Under the pieces are notes generated by a model that saw nothing but the letters and a program-made list of their open reading frames with translations, made no database searches and had not been told where the DNA came from. A stretch of DNA of 64,000 bases from Escherichia phage 04086. Below are positions 33,440 to 44,685 of the stretch, piece after piece; position 1 is the stretch's first letter, and every line of letters starts with the position of its first letter. Made by a program: the position numbers and the translations under genes. The stretch lies in sequence record OR842557. One strand, written 5' to 3'.

Positions 33440-36400
33440 TTTTTACCTGAGTTGGGTCTTGCGGGTCTCTAGGGTTTCCAATATCAGCTTTAAGTCTGTC
33501 ATCAACTAAAGCACGCCATTTTGAAAATGTTACTGCACTTTGGTCAAATAAAGGACTATGCTTTTTAATACGTTCATGAGGTAATTGACCTTGGAATACA
33601 GAGAAATCATTTTCTGCATCATAATCAACAGGAATAGGGAACGGTTCGCCTGCTTTAGGCCCAACGTTATAAACCGGAAGTCCTGTTCTAGGGTCTCTTT
33701 CTATATTACCATCAAATCCGATTACAGCAACTCTATCGTACCACTCGGACGGAAGACCTGAGTCCCACTTATAGTTCTTAAGTATATTAATAATGGTTTC
33801 CGTGTGCTTTAATGTCAATCCGACGTTAACAAACATAGAAAGCAACGTAATCCCTATAAAACCAAATCCTACAGGATGGACAAATCTCAACACGTCATTA
33901 CGATATCGAGAAGTAGGGAGGTTGGATTTAATAGTCATAACATAATAAGAACGGTTACGGTTAATATAATCGATATTGTTACTTAACAATTCTTTACCGC
34001 GTACACCCTGCACTATCATACCTTTAAATGAGGTGCGTTCAGATTTAATCTCTTGTCCAACTATAAAACGGCCTAAAAGATTGTGAATGGTTAAACGCCA
34101 TTGCAATTTACCTTCTTTGTAATTTCGTTCTATATAAGTAACATTACTTCTTCCTGTAGGGGTATAAATCGTTTGGCCTACGATATCTTCACTGATATTG
34201 TCGGATTCTACGATGATATCATATTCAATCGAGTTCTTGGACTCGATGTCAATTTCAACATCTTCGTTATAAAGCAATTTAAACAGGAATTTATATGAAG
34301 CTTCAGTACCTTTTGTAGACCAGAAATCTGATTGTCTTGCTTGGAAGAAACGAACTACTTCGTCGCGTTTTTCTTTAGACAAATAGATATTGCGTTTATA
34401 GATTTCAGACCATAAGTATTCCCAGGCATCTTCTTCTCTAGGATATTGGTTACGAATAAGATTTAATAGATTATTATAATGGGTGCCGGAGCCATCACTA
34501 ATAAACTGGAGATAATATTCGCAGAATTTTTCAAAGTTGGAATCTTGAAGCAAATAACTATCAGGAACCATTTTAACCAATAAAGGACGCAAATCAGGGT
34601 CTTGTTCACCGGTTTCCTCTTTAGGGGTCCATGGAATTTCATGCTCTTGGTTTTGGAGTTCAGCCGTAAACATTATTTCTTTAGGCTTCCAAATTATTCT
34701 AACTTCATCTCGAACTCGGTAGTCGAACTCGAAATATCCAACCAATTCACCCGATGATTTGTGAATCATTATACCTGAAGAGTATTTTTTAAATCCATTG
34801 AATTCGATGTTAGGACATGTTACAGTACAAAAGCCTTTATCCCAAATTTCACGAATAATACGTTCAGGAGAAGAACCGCTGTTTAAATCAATAATTTTCT
34901 GGTATAAGGCGTCATTATAAACAACCATTGCATGATTACTTGTGGTAATCCAAGAACGGGTCCCATCGCGTCTAGACCAACTAAAGAAAGGTTCAGCATA
35001 ATAAGCCATTCGTCCAGGTTTGAATTCTTTAAAATCTGATTTACTGTTAGCTCTAAAGCTCATCATCAGATAATGTTTATCGTGAATCCACTGTTCATCC
35101 TTAACATATTTTACCGCTGAGGCCACAATAGGGTATTCCAAAGGTAATTCGTTATCAACTTCTACTTCATATTTGAAGTTACTTGAGCTAAAGAATATTT
35201 CTTCGCCATCGGTAGACATGCTAGTATACCCATGCTCAATACGACGTCTCTCTTCTTCAGTATTACCAAATACTCGGGTCCATGTATCAGTTTCTACATC
35301 CAACCAATAAACACCTTTAGATTCAGAATCAACCACGTTTTCTTCTTTAGTAGGGTCCATTCTTTCTTCTTTAACTTCACCCGTAATTAAGGCAAAGGTA
35401 TTTCCTTGGATAGAATCCAATTTATAACAAACTGCTTTAGGGTTGCCGGTTATAGTCGAATATCCGCTTTCAAATATTTTTTCACCGTAAGTAGGAGAGC
35501 CTGGGTCGGTATCAATAGGGGCATCAGTAGTTTTTGCTTTGTAAACTCTGTCTCGGGCTGCAACGTAAATAAAATCATCCGAAGCACACATAGCTTCTGC
35601 GATAGTAGAAATAGCTAATGGTAAACGGGCATAAGAACCGAAAATTTCGATTTCGAAGTCCAGGTCGATATCACTACCAATTTTGGCAAATGTCACGTCT
35701 TGTGAGCTAAAACGTACATCATCGGCAGACCAACGAATATCACTTGATTTACGTCCGTAAAATATGCGGTCGTATCCTAAAATATAAGTTGTTGTGTCTG
35801 TTTGATAATGAGCCGTACGTGAAACCGGATTACCTACTCTATCATTAAACAAACGGATATAATGCCAGTTCTGGGCCTTATCGTTAGATACCTTAGCGGT
35901 GTTCTGGAATCTTTCTAAAAGGTAAAGTACACCACCAAGCTCCATTAAAATAGAACGATTAGGGTCTTTACAAACGGCTTGGATACTTCCTTGAATCTCG
36001 TGGAAGCGGTCGGCCTTTAATACATAATTAGAAATTGAAGAAAGGTGTGAATATGCCGGAGTCCAAGTAAAATCTTCGGACATCATAGAAGCCATAATGG
36101 CATCACTATTAAAATCTACGTAACTCTGGTTATTTTTGGTAAATTTTTCTTCAATGAATTTATTGGATAAAGTGAATTCGCGCATATGCTCGAAGGTATA
36201 CGCGTTAGTAGAAAATGTCTCGAATTCTTCTGTATAAACCCATTCAGATTGTTCAAATCCTTGAGCAGCTACAGCGACACGCATTTTATAAAACGAATTA
36301 GGAGAAATAAATCTTTCTTCGAACCAGTTATTGTTCGGGGTGTAACCTAAATTTCTCCAAAATAACTTATCATCGGGTATAGATTCACCCGCATCCTTGG

Positions 36401-36521
36401 TTTGGGCCAGTTCTACGAAATAATAGAAATTGGCGCCTACGTCATCCCAAAGAATACTTACATGGTTAGCCGAGAGTTTATCAATTCTCAAACTAGTAAC
36501 GGAAGGCGCTTGCACAGACAT
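33429..36521 (-). CDS. 7: Baseplate wedge protein gp7
   Basis: 1030 aa (T4 1032 aa); synteny. Confidence 0.85.
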   Translation of the reverse strand: MSVQAPSVTSLRIDKLSANHVSILWDDVGANFYYFVELAQTKDAGESIPDDKLFWRNLGYTPNNNWFEERFISPNSFYKMRVAVAAQGFEQSEWVYTEEFETFSTNAYTFEHMREFTLSNKFIEEKFTKNNQSYVDFNSDAIMASMMSEDFTWTPAYSHLSSISNYVLKADRFHEIQGSIQAVCKDPNRSILMELGGVLYLLERFQNTAKVSNDKAQNWHYIRLFNDRVGNPVSRTAHYQTDTTTYILGYDRIFYGRKSSDIRWSADDVRFSSQDVTFAKIGSDIDLDFEIEIFGSYARLPLAISTIAEAMCASDDFIYVAARDRVYKAKTTDAPIDTDPGSPTYGEKIFESGYSTITGNPKAVCYKLDSIQGNTFALITGEVKEERMDPTKEENVVDSESKGVYWLDVETDTWTRVFGNTEEERRRIEHGYTSMSTDGEEIFFSSSNFKYEVEVDNELPLEYPIVASAVKYVKDEQWIHDKHYLMMSFRANSKSDFKEFKPGRMAYYAEPFFSWSRRDGTRSWITTSNHAMVVYNDALYQKIIDLNSGSSPERIIREIWDKGFCTVTCPNIEFNGFKKYSSGIMIHKSSGELVGYFEFDYRVRDEVRIIWKPKEIMFTAELQNQEHEIPWTPKEETGEQDPDLRPLLVKMVPDSYLLQDSNFEKFCEYYLQFISDGSGTHYNNLLNLIRNQYPREEDAWEYLWSEIYKRNIYLSKEKRDEVVRFFQARQSDFWSTKGTEASYKFLFKLLYNEDVEIDIESKNSIEYDIIVESDNISEDIVGQTIYTPTGRSNVTYIERNYKEGKLQWRLTIHNLLGRFIVGQEIKSERTSFKGMIVQGVRGKELLSNNIDYINRNRSYYVMTIKSNLPTSRYRNDVLRFVHPVGFGFIGITLLSMFVNVGLTLKHTETIINILKNYKWDSGLPSEWYDRVAVIGFDGNIERDPRTGLPVYNVGPKAGEPFPIPVDYDAENDFSVFQGQLPHERIKKHSPLFDQSAVTFSKWRALVDDRLKADIGNPRDPQDPTQVKIDD

Positions 36522-36549
36522 TAAATCTCCTCAAAGCCTCCTAAGAGGC

Positions 36550-38508
36550 TTATATTGTAATAGGTTCTAATTCAATGGTCGTGTATTGAGGGCGGAGGTC
36601 ATCTTCAAATACGATTAACGAACCGTCTTTTGTAAAGATGTTGTCTTGGTCAGGTCCCGCATAAAGTTCTATAGATTGAACTTCAAAACGATCGGACGTC
36701 AAACCGATAGCCGCAATGTCCCAGAAAATGAAATCTGAATAATAATCAATTTCACCTATAACGTAATAAACGGATTGGTCTGCAGGAGCAGGCATTTTAT
36801 CAAAGTCATTTCCTGTATATGGTTTAATATATTGGTTTTCAATTACATCTCCTGGACGGAAAGGACCAATAACCATTTTACCATCACCACGTTCGTCTTT
36901 ATCTGTAGCTGCAATTCTGACATTATATGCCGGACTGTCTTCAGAAACGATAGTAGGGACAAACTCAAATTCACTAGAAACCACAGAACGGTTAGTGTAT
37001 TGATTATAGTATTTAATACCTGATTCAGGGGTTTTGAAAAAGTTCAATACCTCACGAACCATTGTTATGGTAGCAGAGGAGCCTAAAATACTATGGTCAG
37101 CATTATCAATATAAGTCAGCATTTTTGACTTGGCGAATCCATGGTTAAAAATTTCTACTTCGTTAATATAATAACGGTCTATCTGAGAAAGAATTTGGGC
37201 CGATAACCACTGTTCAGATTCCTGTAATTTATTCAAGGCATATGATACCTTAATTTTATGCTTTAAGAACAAATAATCAGGAGAAATAACAGAAGCGGTA
37301 ATAGGGGCTAAGTTAAATTCTTTTAGATAGCCTTGGATATCTTCACGTTGGACTGCCGTCAAATATAGCCCTGATTTAGGTTTAATGGTGACAAAAGCAT
37401 AACCAGGTTTATTTGGGTCTGTAAAGGTTTGTACTGCTTGTACAATAGAACCAAAACGCTCGGACACGAATGTATCGTAGTCGGTTCCTGTTACAGCACG
37501 CATCTGGGCTTCACGCTTAACTACAGCCAATTCGCGGATTCGTTCGATATCTTCAGGGTCACCACCACCATCAGCACCCACATAATCAGGGTCATCGTTA
37601 TAGTTTTCAGTAATTTTTTCTACAGTAATATAAGCCAAGGAGTCAGCATAACTGAAGTCAACTGCGCCGTTTGCAACTTCACCGTCTGTACGAAGGTATT
37701 CTATAACAATGGTAGAATCTTTAACAGGTTTTAGACCGCCGATATAATTAGCTTCTAATACTCCACCCGCAACAGATTTCTCGGCTTCACCTTCACCAAA
37801 GAAGAATTCGGTATTACCATCTACGGTTTCGCGCATATAGTAAATTGTCGAGGTGCTACCAGCGTGAACCATTGATTTATCGGTCCAGTTAATCCATTCC
37901 GCGCCATCAACATAAAGTTTAACTTCTTGTCTATCAATATCCGGGTCACGAATAAGAATAGGAGTTTTAGGGTCGTATTTAAGTTCGGTACGGATAATAC
38001 GTCCTTGGGCCAGAGAAACAATAGGCCAATACTGGTTATTAACGTCACGAACTGCAATAACGTTATCAGTGGTCACAAAAGAATATGGATCGGCGGATGT
38101 ATCACGGGCATAAGCCAGGAATTTAGTACCTCTTGGAATACGAATATTCTTTTCATTAAGGGCTTGAGTACACGTAAGCATTACGGTGGTTTTTGCCGCG
38201 GATTTGGAACTAGGAAGATATCCATTATCTTGTGCAGCCTGGACAACCGAAGAACGAAGGTTTGCTGTTCCTATAAAAGATTCGTATAAAGCAGTGTTAG
38301 CAAATTGCTGCATATAAAGGGTATTATAAGCAAGCATATCAATAAGGATATTCATTCGAGAACCAACGAAATCATAATCCTTAAATTCGTCCTGGCTAGA
38401 AAGCCAGTCTATAATATTCTTTTTAATTTCTTCAAACGTAGCTCCCACAAATACTTTTGGGATAGCGTTAACGGTTCTTGTTAATTGGTAATTCGTAGGA
38501 GTAGCCAT
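36550..38508 (-). CDS. 6: Baseplate wedge protein gp6
   Basis: ORF 36550..38565; ATG at 38508 (MATPTNYQL) gives ~652 aa (T4 660 aa); synteny. Confidence 0.85.
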   Translation of the reverse strand: MATPTNYQLTRTVNAIPKVFVGATFEEIKKNIIDWLSSQDEFKDYDFVGSRMNILIDMLAYNTLYMQQFANTALYESFIGTANLRSSVVQAAQDNGYLPSSKSAAKTTVMLTCTQALNEKNIRIPRGTKFLAYARDTSADPYSFVTTDNVIAVRDVNNQYWPIVSLAQGRIIRTELKYDPKTPILIRDPDIDRQEVKLYVDGAEWINWTDKSMVHAGSTSTIYYMRETVDGNTEFFFGEGEAEKSVAGGVLEANYIGGLKPVKDSTIVIEYLRTDGEVANGAVDFSYADSLAYITVEKITENYNDDPDYVGADGGGDPEDIERIRELAVVKREAQMRAVTGTDYDTFVSERFGSIVQAVQTFTDPNKPGYAFVTIKPKSGLYLTAVQREDIQGYLKEFNLAPITASVISPDYLFLKHKIKVSYALNKLQESEQWLSAQILSQIDRYYINEVEIFNHGFAKSKMLTYIDNADHSILGSSATITMVREVLNFFKTPESGIKYYNQYTNRSVVSSEFEFVPTIVSEDSPAYNVRIAATDKDERGDGKMVIGPFRPGDVIENQYIKPYTGNDFDKMPAPADQSVYYVIGEIDYYSDFIFWDIAAIGLTSDRFEVQSIELYAGPDQDNIFTKDGSLIVFEDDLRPQYTTIELEPITI

Positions 38509-38516
38509 TTTAATTC

Positions 38517-38810
38517 CTATTTTATGAATACTTTGGATGAGGCTTGTGCGACTGTATCTCCGCATGAAATAGGGTCTGCCATCTGGACAGCCTTTTTGCC
38601 TGTAACATATACCTTTGATGTTCTAGGTTGGGTTACCCCACCGTGGGTTTCATATGGTTTTTTAATTTCTGTGTGTTCTGTAATAGGGTCTCCTGCAACT
38701 AATACAGGAATACCACCCGTAAATACTTTACCTTGGGTGGCATTTATTACTGTAGGAGGCCATGCTTCATGACCTGCCGTTACACATTGGTTATAACTTA
38801 AGCCTGACAT
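38517..38810 (-). CDS. 5.4: PAAR-repeat spike tip protein gp5.4
   Basis: 97 aa, Gly/Thr/Val-rich beta protein located between gene 5 and gene 6, as T4 5.4. Confidence 0.75.
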   Translation of the reverse strand: MSGLSYNQCVTAGHEAWPPTVINATQGKVFTGGIPVLVAGDPITEHTEIKKPYETHGGVTQPRTSKVYVTGKKAVQMADPISCGDTVAQASSKVFIK

Positions 38811-39371
38811 TTATGGCCTCGCATATACGTATTCTCTTAATTGATTTGCCCATTTGCTCCAATTACCCACTATAACCTTGGTATAAACCTTAGTAAGGGT
38901 TTTTCTTACTGGCGCTGGAGGAGGGTCTGTTTCGTTACCGGCTCTAGAATTACTACCTCCTGAGTTCCCTGTGTCACCTCCTGATGACTCTTCTTGAAAG
39001 TCATAGATTAATGTGACCATATAAGAAAAAGTCTTCTGGAGATTGCTAGGGGCTTTCCAGAGGTATAATTGAGTGCTATTGTCCTCTGGTAAATCTTTCC
39101 ATGAGCCTGCAGTTTTAAATTCATCTCCTAATCGGTATTTTAATGCATCCTCAGAGAATCCAAATACCGATTCGTATGTTCCATATAAATGAGCTCCATC
39201 GACAATAATGCCTTCTGTAGGCTCATATTCTGATATATTTATTTCAACTAATGTTTCGTTTGTTTCTAATTGAGCGGTAAACGTAACATCGATTGAGCTT
39301 CCTTCCATGGAATCTCCTAAATCAGTGCTCATTGGTAGGATATTAGCCAATGTCAATCCTCGAACCATCAA
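38811..39371 (-). CDS. Hypothetical protein at the T4 5.1 / 5.3 position
   Basis: 186 aa ORF between gene 5 and 5.4; start uncertain because it overlaps the gene 5 end. Confidence 0.4.
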   Translation of the reverse strand: MMVRGLTLANILPMSTDLGDSMEGSSIDVTFTAQLETNETLVEINISEYEPTEGIIVDGAHLYGTYESVFGFSEDALKYRLGDEFKTAGSWKDLPEDNSTQLYLWKAPSNLQKTFSYMVTLIYDFQEESSGGDTGNSGGSNSRAGNETDPPPAPVRKTLTKVYTKVIVGNWSKWANQLREYVYARP

Positions 39372-41440
39372 TAGTGTATTGACCGGATGCGATAGAACTC
39401 ATAGTCGACATAGTTTCAGACCAATTGCCTGCAACAGTCATATCAACGTTTCCATTTACCGACCATTTAACGTTTCCATTTACTGTATAGTCATGGTTGC
39501 CTTCAACTAATGTTTTTGCATCACCCTCAACAGTTATATCCGCATTGCCCTCAACAAGAATTGTGACGTTTCCTTTAACAATAAGGGTTCCATCACCTTC
39601 TACTGTTTTGATTTCATTACCACGAATATGAATGCTTTCGGACCCATCAGTTTGACGGCGCACGTTTGCCATATTATAATAGGTTTCATCACCGCCTATG
39701 TTGACTTTATTATTACCACCAACATAAGTATTAGAATCGCCTTGGGTCATATAATACCCATCGGCTACCGTCTTAGAAGTTTTACGTCCGTCAGGAGCAA
39801 CTTCTTCATAACTACCGGTTGGATGGATTAAACGATAACGTTCTTGCCCTGGGGTATTATCGAATTCTTGAACATGTCCACCTTCGGTTTGCATTGTCTG
39901 CACATAAGGATATTCGCCTTTGTAACTTGATTCTGGCTCTTTAAAAAGAATCCTTGTGTCTTCTGGAGTCCACGGATCGGCAGGGTCTGAATTTTTAGGG
40001 GCTGCAAAGGTTTGAATCATTCTATACGAACGCCCTTTAAATGACCTTTCTTTAGGGGCCANATCGAATTCTTGGATATGCCCGCCTTCAGTTTGCATGG
40101 TTTGGACATATGGATATTCGCCTTTATAACTAGAATCAGGTTCTTTAAAAAGAATCCTTGTGTCTTCTGGAGTCCACGGGTCGGCAGGGTCTGAATTTTT
40201 AGGGGCTGCAAAGGTTTGAATCATTCTATACGAACGCCCTTTAAATGACCTTTCTTTAGGGGCCATAATACCGTATGATTCCATGTTACCTGTAAGGATA
40301 ATCATTGATACCCTTGATGCACNTCCACGGATCGGCAGGGTCTGAATTTTTAGGGGCTGCAAAGGTTTGAATCATTCTATACGAACGCCCTTTAAATGAC
40401 CTTTCTTTAGGGGCCATAATACCGTATGATTCCATGTTACCTGTAAGGATAATCATTGATACCCTTGATGCACGACCTTTAGTTTGGTTAAACCACACAG
40501 AATCACGAGCGGCATCAAATGCTTTCTTATAATCTCCGGCTAACATTGCAGCGAGCATGGTTCTAAATTTAGCCAGTCCACCCAATCCCATTTGGAAAGC
40601 CATGTTTTCAAGAGCCATTTGTCTTGAACGGTTTTCTTTATTGTAAACAGGACCTACAACACTATGTCGACCTATATCACTTTGGACTTTTTTAAGGTCT
40701 TCTTGGAATAATTTAGAAGCCTCATCCATTGATATTGCACCAGGGTTACCTTTAACTTCTCGACCTATTTGTTTAGACAATATTTTGTTTATTTGGTTCA
40801 TATCTCTAATAGGTTGTGGCGTAATAAGGTGACCTATACCTATAGTAGGGTATCCTTCGGTGTCCCAATATACCTTCAGTCTAAGCCCTTCATCACGGTG
40901 AAGCATGTTTTCTATTGTGAAATTAGGATTATCGTCGGGTTTGACTTGACTTAAATCTAAACCATCAGGATTAATACCTACATCAGTGTTTGCATCTTGT
41001 ATTACGTTAGAAGTGGCATCATATCCAACTTCACCACCTCGGTTTAGTGCAGCAGCATCGTTACCTAAATAAAGTGGATATTGACCTGTTGGGTCACTAA
41101 AGCCTTCATTAGGATTTGCTTTTTGTTTTGAAGCAGAACCGTATGTACCTAGGACAAGTCCGTTTAATTTCCACTTATCAAGAAAGTGGCCATAAACTTG
41201 TGTACCTGGGACCATACCTGTCATAGCGGTTTGTATACCTGAAACAGAGGCCGAAGATGTAGGCATTAATACCGACATCCATGGTAAATCTTCTGTACGA
41301 AGACCTTTTACAGGGCCCTGTACTTTTTCATAGGGATGCATACCCCATACGCGCACGCGTACTCGGCCTTGTTTGAGCGGGTCCATTCGGTCTTCAACTA
41401 CACCGACGAACCAACTTACATTATCAGACATGTTAATCAT
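39343..41440 (-). CDS. 5: Baseplate central spike / tail lysozyme gp5, interrupted by N-bounded duplicated segments
   Basis: ORF 40286..41440 has an OB-fold N-terminus and lysozyme domain (YWDTEGYPTIGIGHLI); ORF 39343..40362 has the C-terminal beta-helix VxGxxxxx repeats; N at 40062 and 40323. Confidence 0.88.
39845..40560. repeat. N-bounded duplicated segments inside gene 5; probable assembly artifact or variant overlap
   Basis: Near-identical ~200-260 nt copies with scattered substitutions joined at N 40062 and N 40323. Confidence 0.6.
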
Positions 41441-42042
41441 TAGAGGGCTTTCTCCATTTCGCGAATAAGGGCAGAAATAAAGGACTCAATATCATTAGGG
41501 TCTATAATCTTTATTTCGCGCTTATATTCATTTTTACGAATAGCATCCTCGTAAATATCTACTGCGGCCAAAGGACCCTCATATTGAGGATAACGTTTTT
41601 CTGTATCGCCTTTATCATACCAAGTATACGGGTTTTCTGGAGTGTTAACAAGATTCCAGAATTTCTCACCCTTTTCATTAACATGATAAAGAACTTGATT
41701 GCCACCTGCAGTAGAATATCTTTGGATTGCTGCTTGATATGCGACTTCTTGGCCTGTAATCCAGCCGTAATAAGGGTCATATACGTTATTACACATCAAT
41801 AAAACCCAGTATAACTGAACGTTACCGTAAAGTTGATTGGCCAATTCTTCTGGACGAGGGGCCCCGTTGATATAATAAGTCTTTAGTGTATAGTTTTTAG
41901 CCACTTTATCAAAATATTCTTTATAATTTCTAAATATATCAGTCATCGGCACGCTCAGTACATCGGCATTTGTTAATGAGCCCGAATCCGGCTTGACTGT
42001 TTTTGATTCGTAATCGATAGGATCGAAAAATGAGAAGAGCAT
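41440..42042 (-). CDS. 53: Baseplate wedge protein gp53
   Basis: 200 aa (T4 196 aa); immediately upstream of gene 5; late promoter 26 nt upstream. Confidence 0.65.
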   Translation of the reverse strand: MLFSFFDPIDYESKTVKPDSGSLTNADVLSVPMTDIFRNYKEYFDKVAKNYTLKTYYINGAPRPEELANQLYGNVQLYWVLLMCNNVYDPYYGWITGQEVAYQAAIQRYSTAGGNQVLYHVNEKGEKFWNLVNTPENPYTWYDKGDTEKRYPQYEGPLAAVDIYEDAIRKNEYKREIKIIDPNDIESFISALIREMEKAL

Positions 42043-42054
42043 AGGGCCTCCGAG

Positions 42055-42077
42055 TATAAATAATATTAATATTTATA
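42055..42077. promoter_or_regulatory. Interleaved divergent late promoters: TATAAATA (plus, gene 4) and TATTTATA (minus, gene 53)
   Basis: tataaata 42055-42062 and tatttata 42070-42077 within the 46 bp intergenic region. Confidence 0.55.
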
Positions 42078-42088
42078 AGGAGGCGACT

Positions 42089-42538
42089 ATGGCTTACTCA
42101 GGGAAATTTAAACCTACAAACTTACAAAAATATAAAGGTGACTGGAAGAAAATCCAATATCGTTCCTCTTGGGAAGCATGGTTTATGCGTTGGCTTGACA
42201 ACCATCCTAATGTAGTCCAGTGGAATTCAGAAGAGGTGGTCATTCCTTACTTTTGCAATGCCGAAGGAAAGAAAAGACGATATTTTATGGACTTCTGGGT
42301 TAAATTTGATACGGGCCAACAATTCTTTTTTGAAGTCAAACCTTTTAAAGAAACCCATGCTCCTGCGGTGCCTGTTAAAATGACTACGGCTGCTAAAAAG
42401 AGATATATCAACGAACACTATACTTGGTCTGTTAATACTGATAAGTGGAAAGCAGCTAAAGCTACAGCAGATAAAATGGGTATCACCTTTAGATTGATTA
42501 CCGAACATTCACTGAAAAAATTAGGATGGAAAGGATGA
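42089..42538 (+). CDS. 4: Head completion protein gp4
   Basis: 149 aa (T4 gp4 150 aa); divergent from gene 53 as in T4. Confidence 0.7.
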   Translation: MAYSGKFKPTNLQKYKGDWKKIQYRSSWEAWFMRWLDNHPNVVQWNSEEVVIPYFCNAEGKKRRYFMDFWVKFDTGQQFFFEVKPFKETHAPAVPVKMTTAAKKRYINEHYTWSVNTDKWKAAKATADKMGITFRLITEHSLKKLGWKG

Positions 42539-43362
42539 GTATATTTTCCTACATCAATGAGGCTACTGAAACCACAAAGGGTTCCAAGCCCACCCGTTCA
42601 GAACAACAATGGATAACTTTAGGCGTTGAATATGCCAATGCCAAGGCTAAAGGTGTCTCGGCTAAGAAATTCGCTGAAGATAAAGGCATCAAGTATTCTA
42701 GTTTTACATCTGCGATGTCTCGATACTCGAGTCGAATTAAAACTGCTGTACAGGTTGAAAAACTTCAGAAGAAACCTGGCAATAAATTAACCAAAGCCGA
42801 ACGTCAATTAATTTTGGTGAATAGTTTTAGAAAGAGTATTCGTGATAAGATTGCTAACGAAGGCGCCGCTGTAAACAATAAATCAGCTAAATGGTTTACA
42901 GAAACATTAAAGAAAGGAATTCGTGGACACCAGGTATCTAAACCGTCTCCTGGCAAGCTTTATGCTTATATCTATGATGCCAAACATAAGGATACCCTAC
43001 CATACTGGGACAAATATCCTTTAATCATTTATCTTGGGTTAGGTAAGCATAATTTAATGTATGGGCTGAACTTACACTATATCCCGCCTAAAGCACGCCA
43101 ACAATTTCTGGAAGAATTGCTGAAGCAATACGCGAGTACGCCTACCATTACTAACTCGACTAAATTAAAAATCGATTGGAGCAAGGTAAAAGGATTCGCC
43201 GGCGCAGACGTTATGATTAAGGCTTATATCCCTGGAAATATCAAGGGCCCTTTAGTAGAGATAAAACCTGCTGATTGGGCTAATGTAATAGGATTACCAC
43301 TTCAACAATTTGTATCTAAAGGCAAGCGTTACTCAGCTCAGAAAGTTTGGAAGAAGGCATAA
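42526..43362 (+). CDS. 2: DNA end protector protein gp2
   Basis: 278 aa (T4 gp2 274 aa); synteny 4-2-3-1. Confidence 0.7.
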   Translation: MERMSIFSYINEATETTKGSKPTRSEQQWITLGVEYANAKAKGVSAKKFAEDKGIKYSSFTSAMSRYSSRIKTAVQVEKLQKKPGNKLTKAERQLILVNSFRKSIRDKIANEGAAVNNKSAKWFTETLKKGIRGHQVSKPSPGKLYAYIYDAKHKDTLPYWDKYPLIIYLGLGKHNLMYGLNLHYIPPKARQQFLEELLKQYASTPTITNSTKLKIDWSKVKGFAGADVMIKAYIPGNIKGPLVEIKPADWANVIGLPLQQFVSKGKRYSAQKVWKKA

Positions 43363-44012
43363 TGAATTACCAGAAAATATATTCTTCATTAATTACACGT
43401 GCTCAAGGACGAGCACTATCCTGTTATACAGAATCTCATCATATTTTACCTAGATGTATGGGTGGAGGCGATGAATCTACAAACTTAGTTGATTTAACTC
43501 CTGAAGAACATTATTTAGCACATCAACTATTAGTTAAAATGCATCCGGGACATCCTGGTCTAACTTTTGCAGCTATGACAATGACTCAAGGCCCTCGTCG
43601 TTCTAATAAGCTTTACGGTTGGCTTAAACGTAAGCACTCTGAGAATATCACAGCAACCCAAACAGGAAAGGTTTATTATAATAATGGCAAGAAGTGTATT
43701 AAGCTGTTTCCGGGTGAACCGATTCCTGAAGGATTTGTAAAGGGACGAGGATGGAGTCCTACAAAAGGAACCACTCATGATAGGAATAATGGCCATTTTG
43801 CCAATAAAGAACTCCAAGCGGAGCTTTCTAAACGGAGATGGGATAAAGCCAGAAAGGAAACTTGTGAACAATTTGGTGTGGATACTATAGAAGAGGCCAA
43901 GGATATGGTTCGGGCATTTAAAGCTACATGCCACGAAAGATACTGGATAAAACCAACTATAGCCAAATGGCCTTTTATGACACCAGTAAGACTACGTGAA
44001 TTTATAAAATAA
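43362..44012 (+). CDS. HNH homing endonuclease inserted between genes 2 and 3
   Basis: ORF 43347..44012; ATG at 43362 overlaps the gp2 stop; motif SHHILPRCMGGGDESTNLVDLTPEEHYLAH; paralog of 57594..58346. Confidence 0.8.
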   Translation: MNYQKIYSSLITRAQGRALSCYTESHHILPRCMGGGDESTNLVDLTPEEHYLAHQLLVKMHPGHPGLTFAAMTMTQGPRRSNKLYGWLKRKHSENITATQTGKVYYNNGKKCIKLFPGEPIPEGFVKGRGWSPTKGTTHDRNNGHFANKELQAELSKRRWDKARKETCEQFGVDTIEEAKDMVRAFKATCHERYWIKPTIAKWPFMTPVRLREFIK

Positions 44013-44094
44013 TCTATTATCCCAGCCAGTTATTGAATGGAACAGACCTAGGACCATTATACACTGTCTGGGACTTAAGCAATATAGGAATCCT

Positions 44095-44685
44095 ATGAAC
44101 GGTTTATTTAACCAAACTAACACCACCAACTTTATCTTAGAGGTTAGTGACGCAGGAATGACCCAGGCATTCAAATTGAACGTACAAGATGTAACACTAC
44201 CTGGTATCCATATTCCGATCTCAGACGTCCCAGGATCGACCCAGGGCATACATCGTGCTAAGCTGCCAGGTTCTACTGTAGAATTCGACCCATTGGTCGT
44301 GAACTTTCTTGTGGACAAAGAATTGAAATCATGGCTTGACGTTTATAAGTGGATGTTGTCATTAAACAACTACGTAACCCATGATTCAGAAGCCTGGCAT
44401 CCTAAAGGCTTACCTGAAGCAATTACGCTCCATATCCTTGATAATAACAAACAGAAAATAGTAATGAGTATTCATTATTACGGTGGTTGGCCATCCGACC
44501 TCTCGGAAATCCAGTATTCGTATAAAGAAGATTCTGACCCTGCGATAATCGCTACAGCAACATTCAACTTCAAATCGTTTGCTGTAGAAATAGATGGTAC
44601 AATAGTTACAGGTCGTCCACAAATTGATTCGTATGCCGAACAACGTGTGGCTCGTATGTCTATGCATCCATCTATGAGAAAATAA
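44095..44685 (+). CDS. 3: Tail completion / sheath stabilizer protein gp3
   Basis: 196 aa (T4 176 aa) between gene 2 and gene 1. Confidence 0.65.
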   Translation: MNGLFNQTNTTNFILEVSDAGMTQAFKLNVQDVTLPGIHIPISDVPGSTQGIHRAKLPGSTVEFDPLVVNFLVDKELKSWLDVYKWMLSLNNYVTHDSEAWHPKGLPEAITLHILDNNKQKIVMSIHYYGGWPSDLSEIQYSYKEDSDPAIIATATFNFKSFAVEIDGTIVTGRPQIDSYAEQRVARMSMHPSMRK

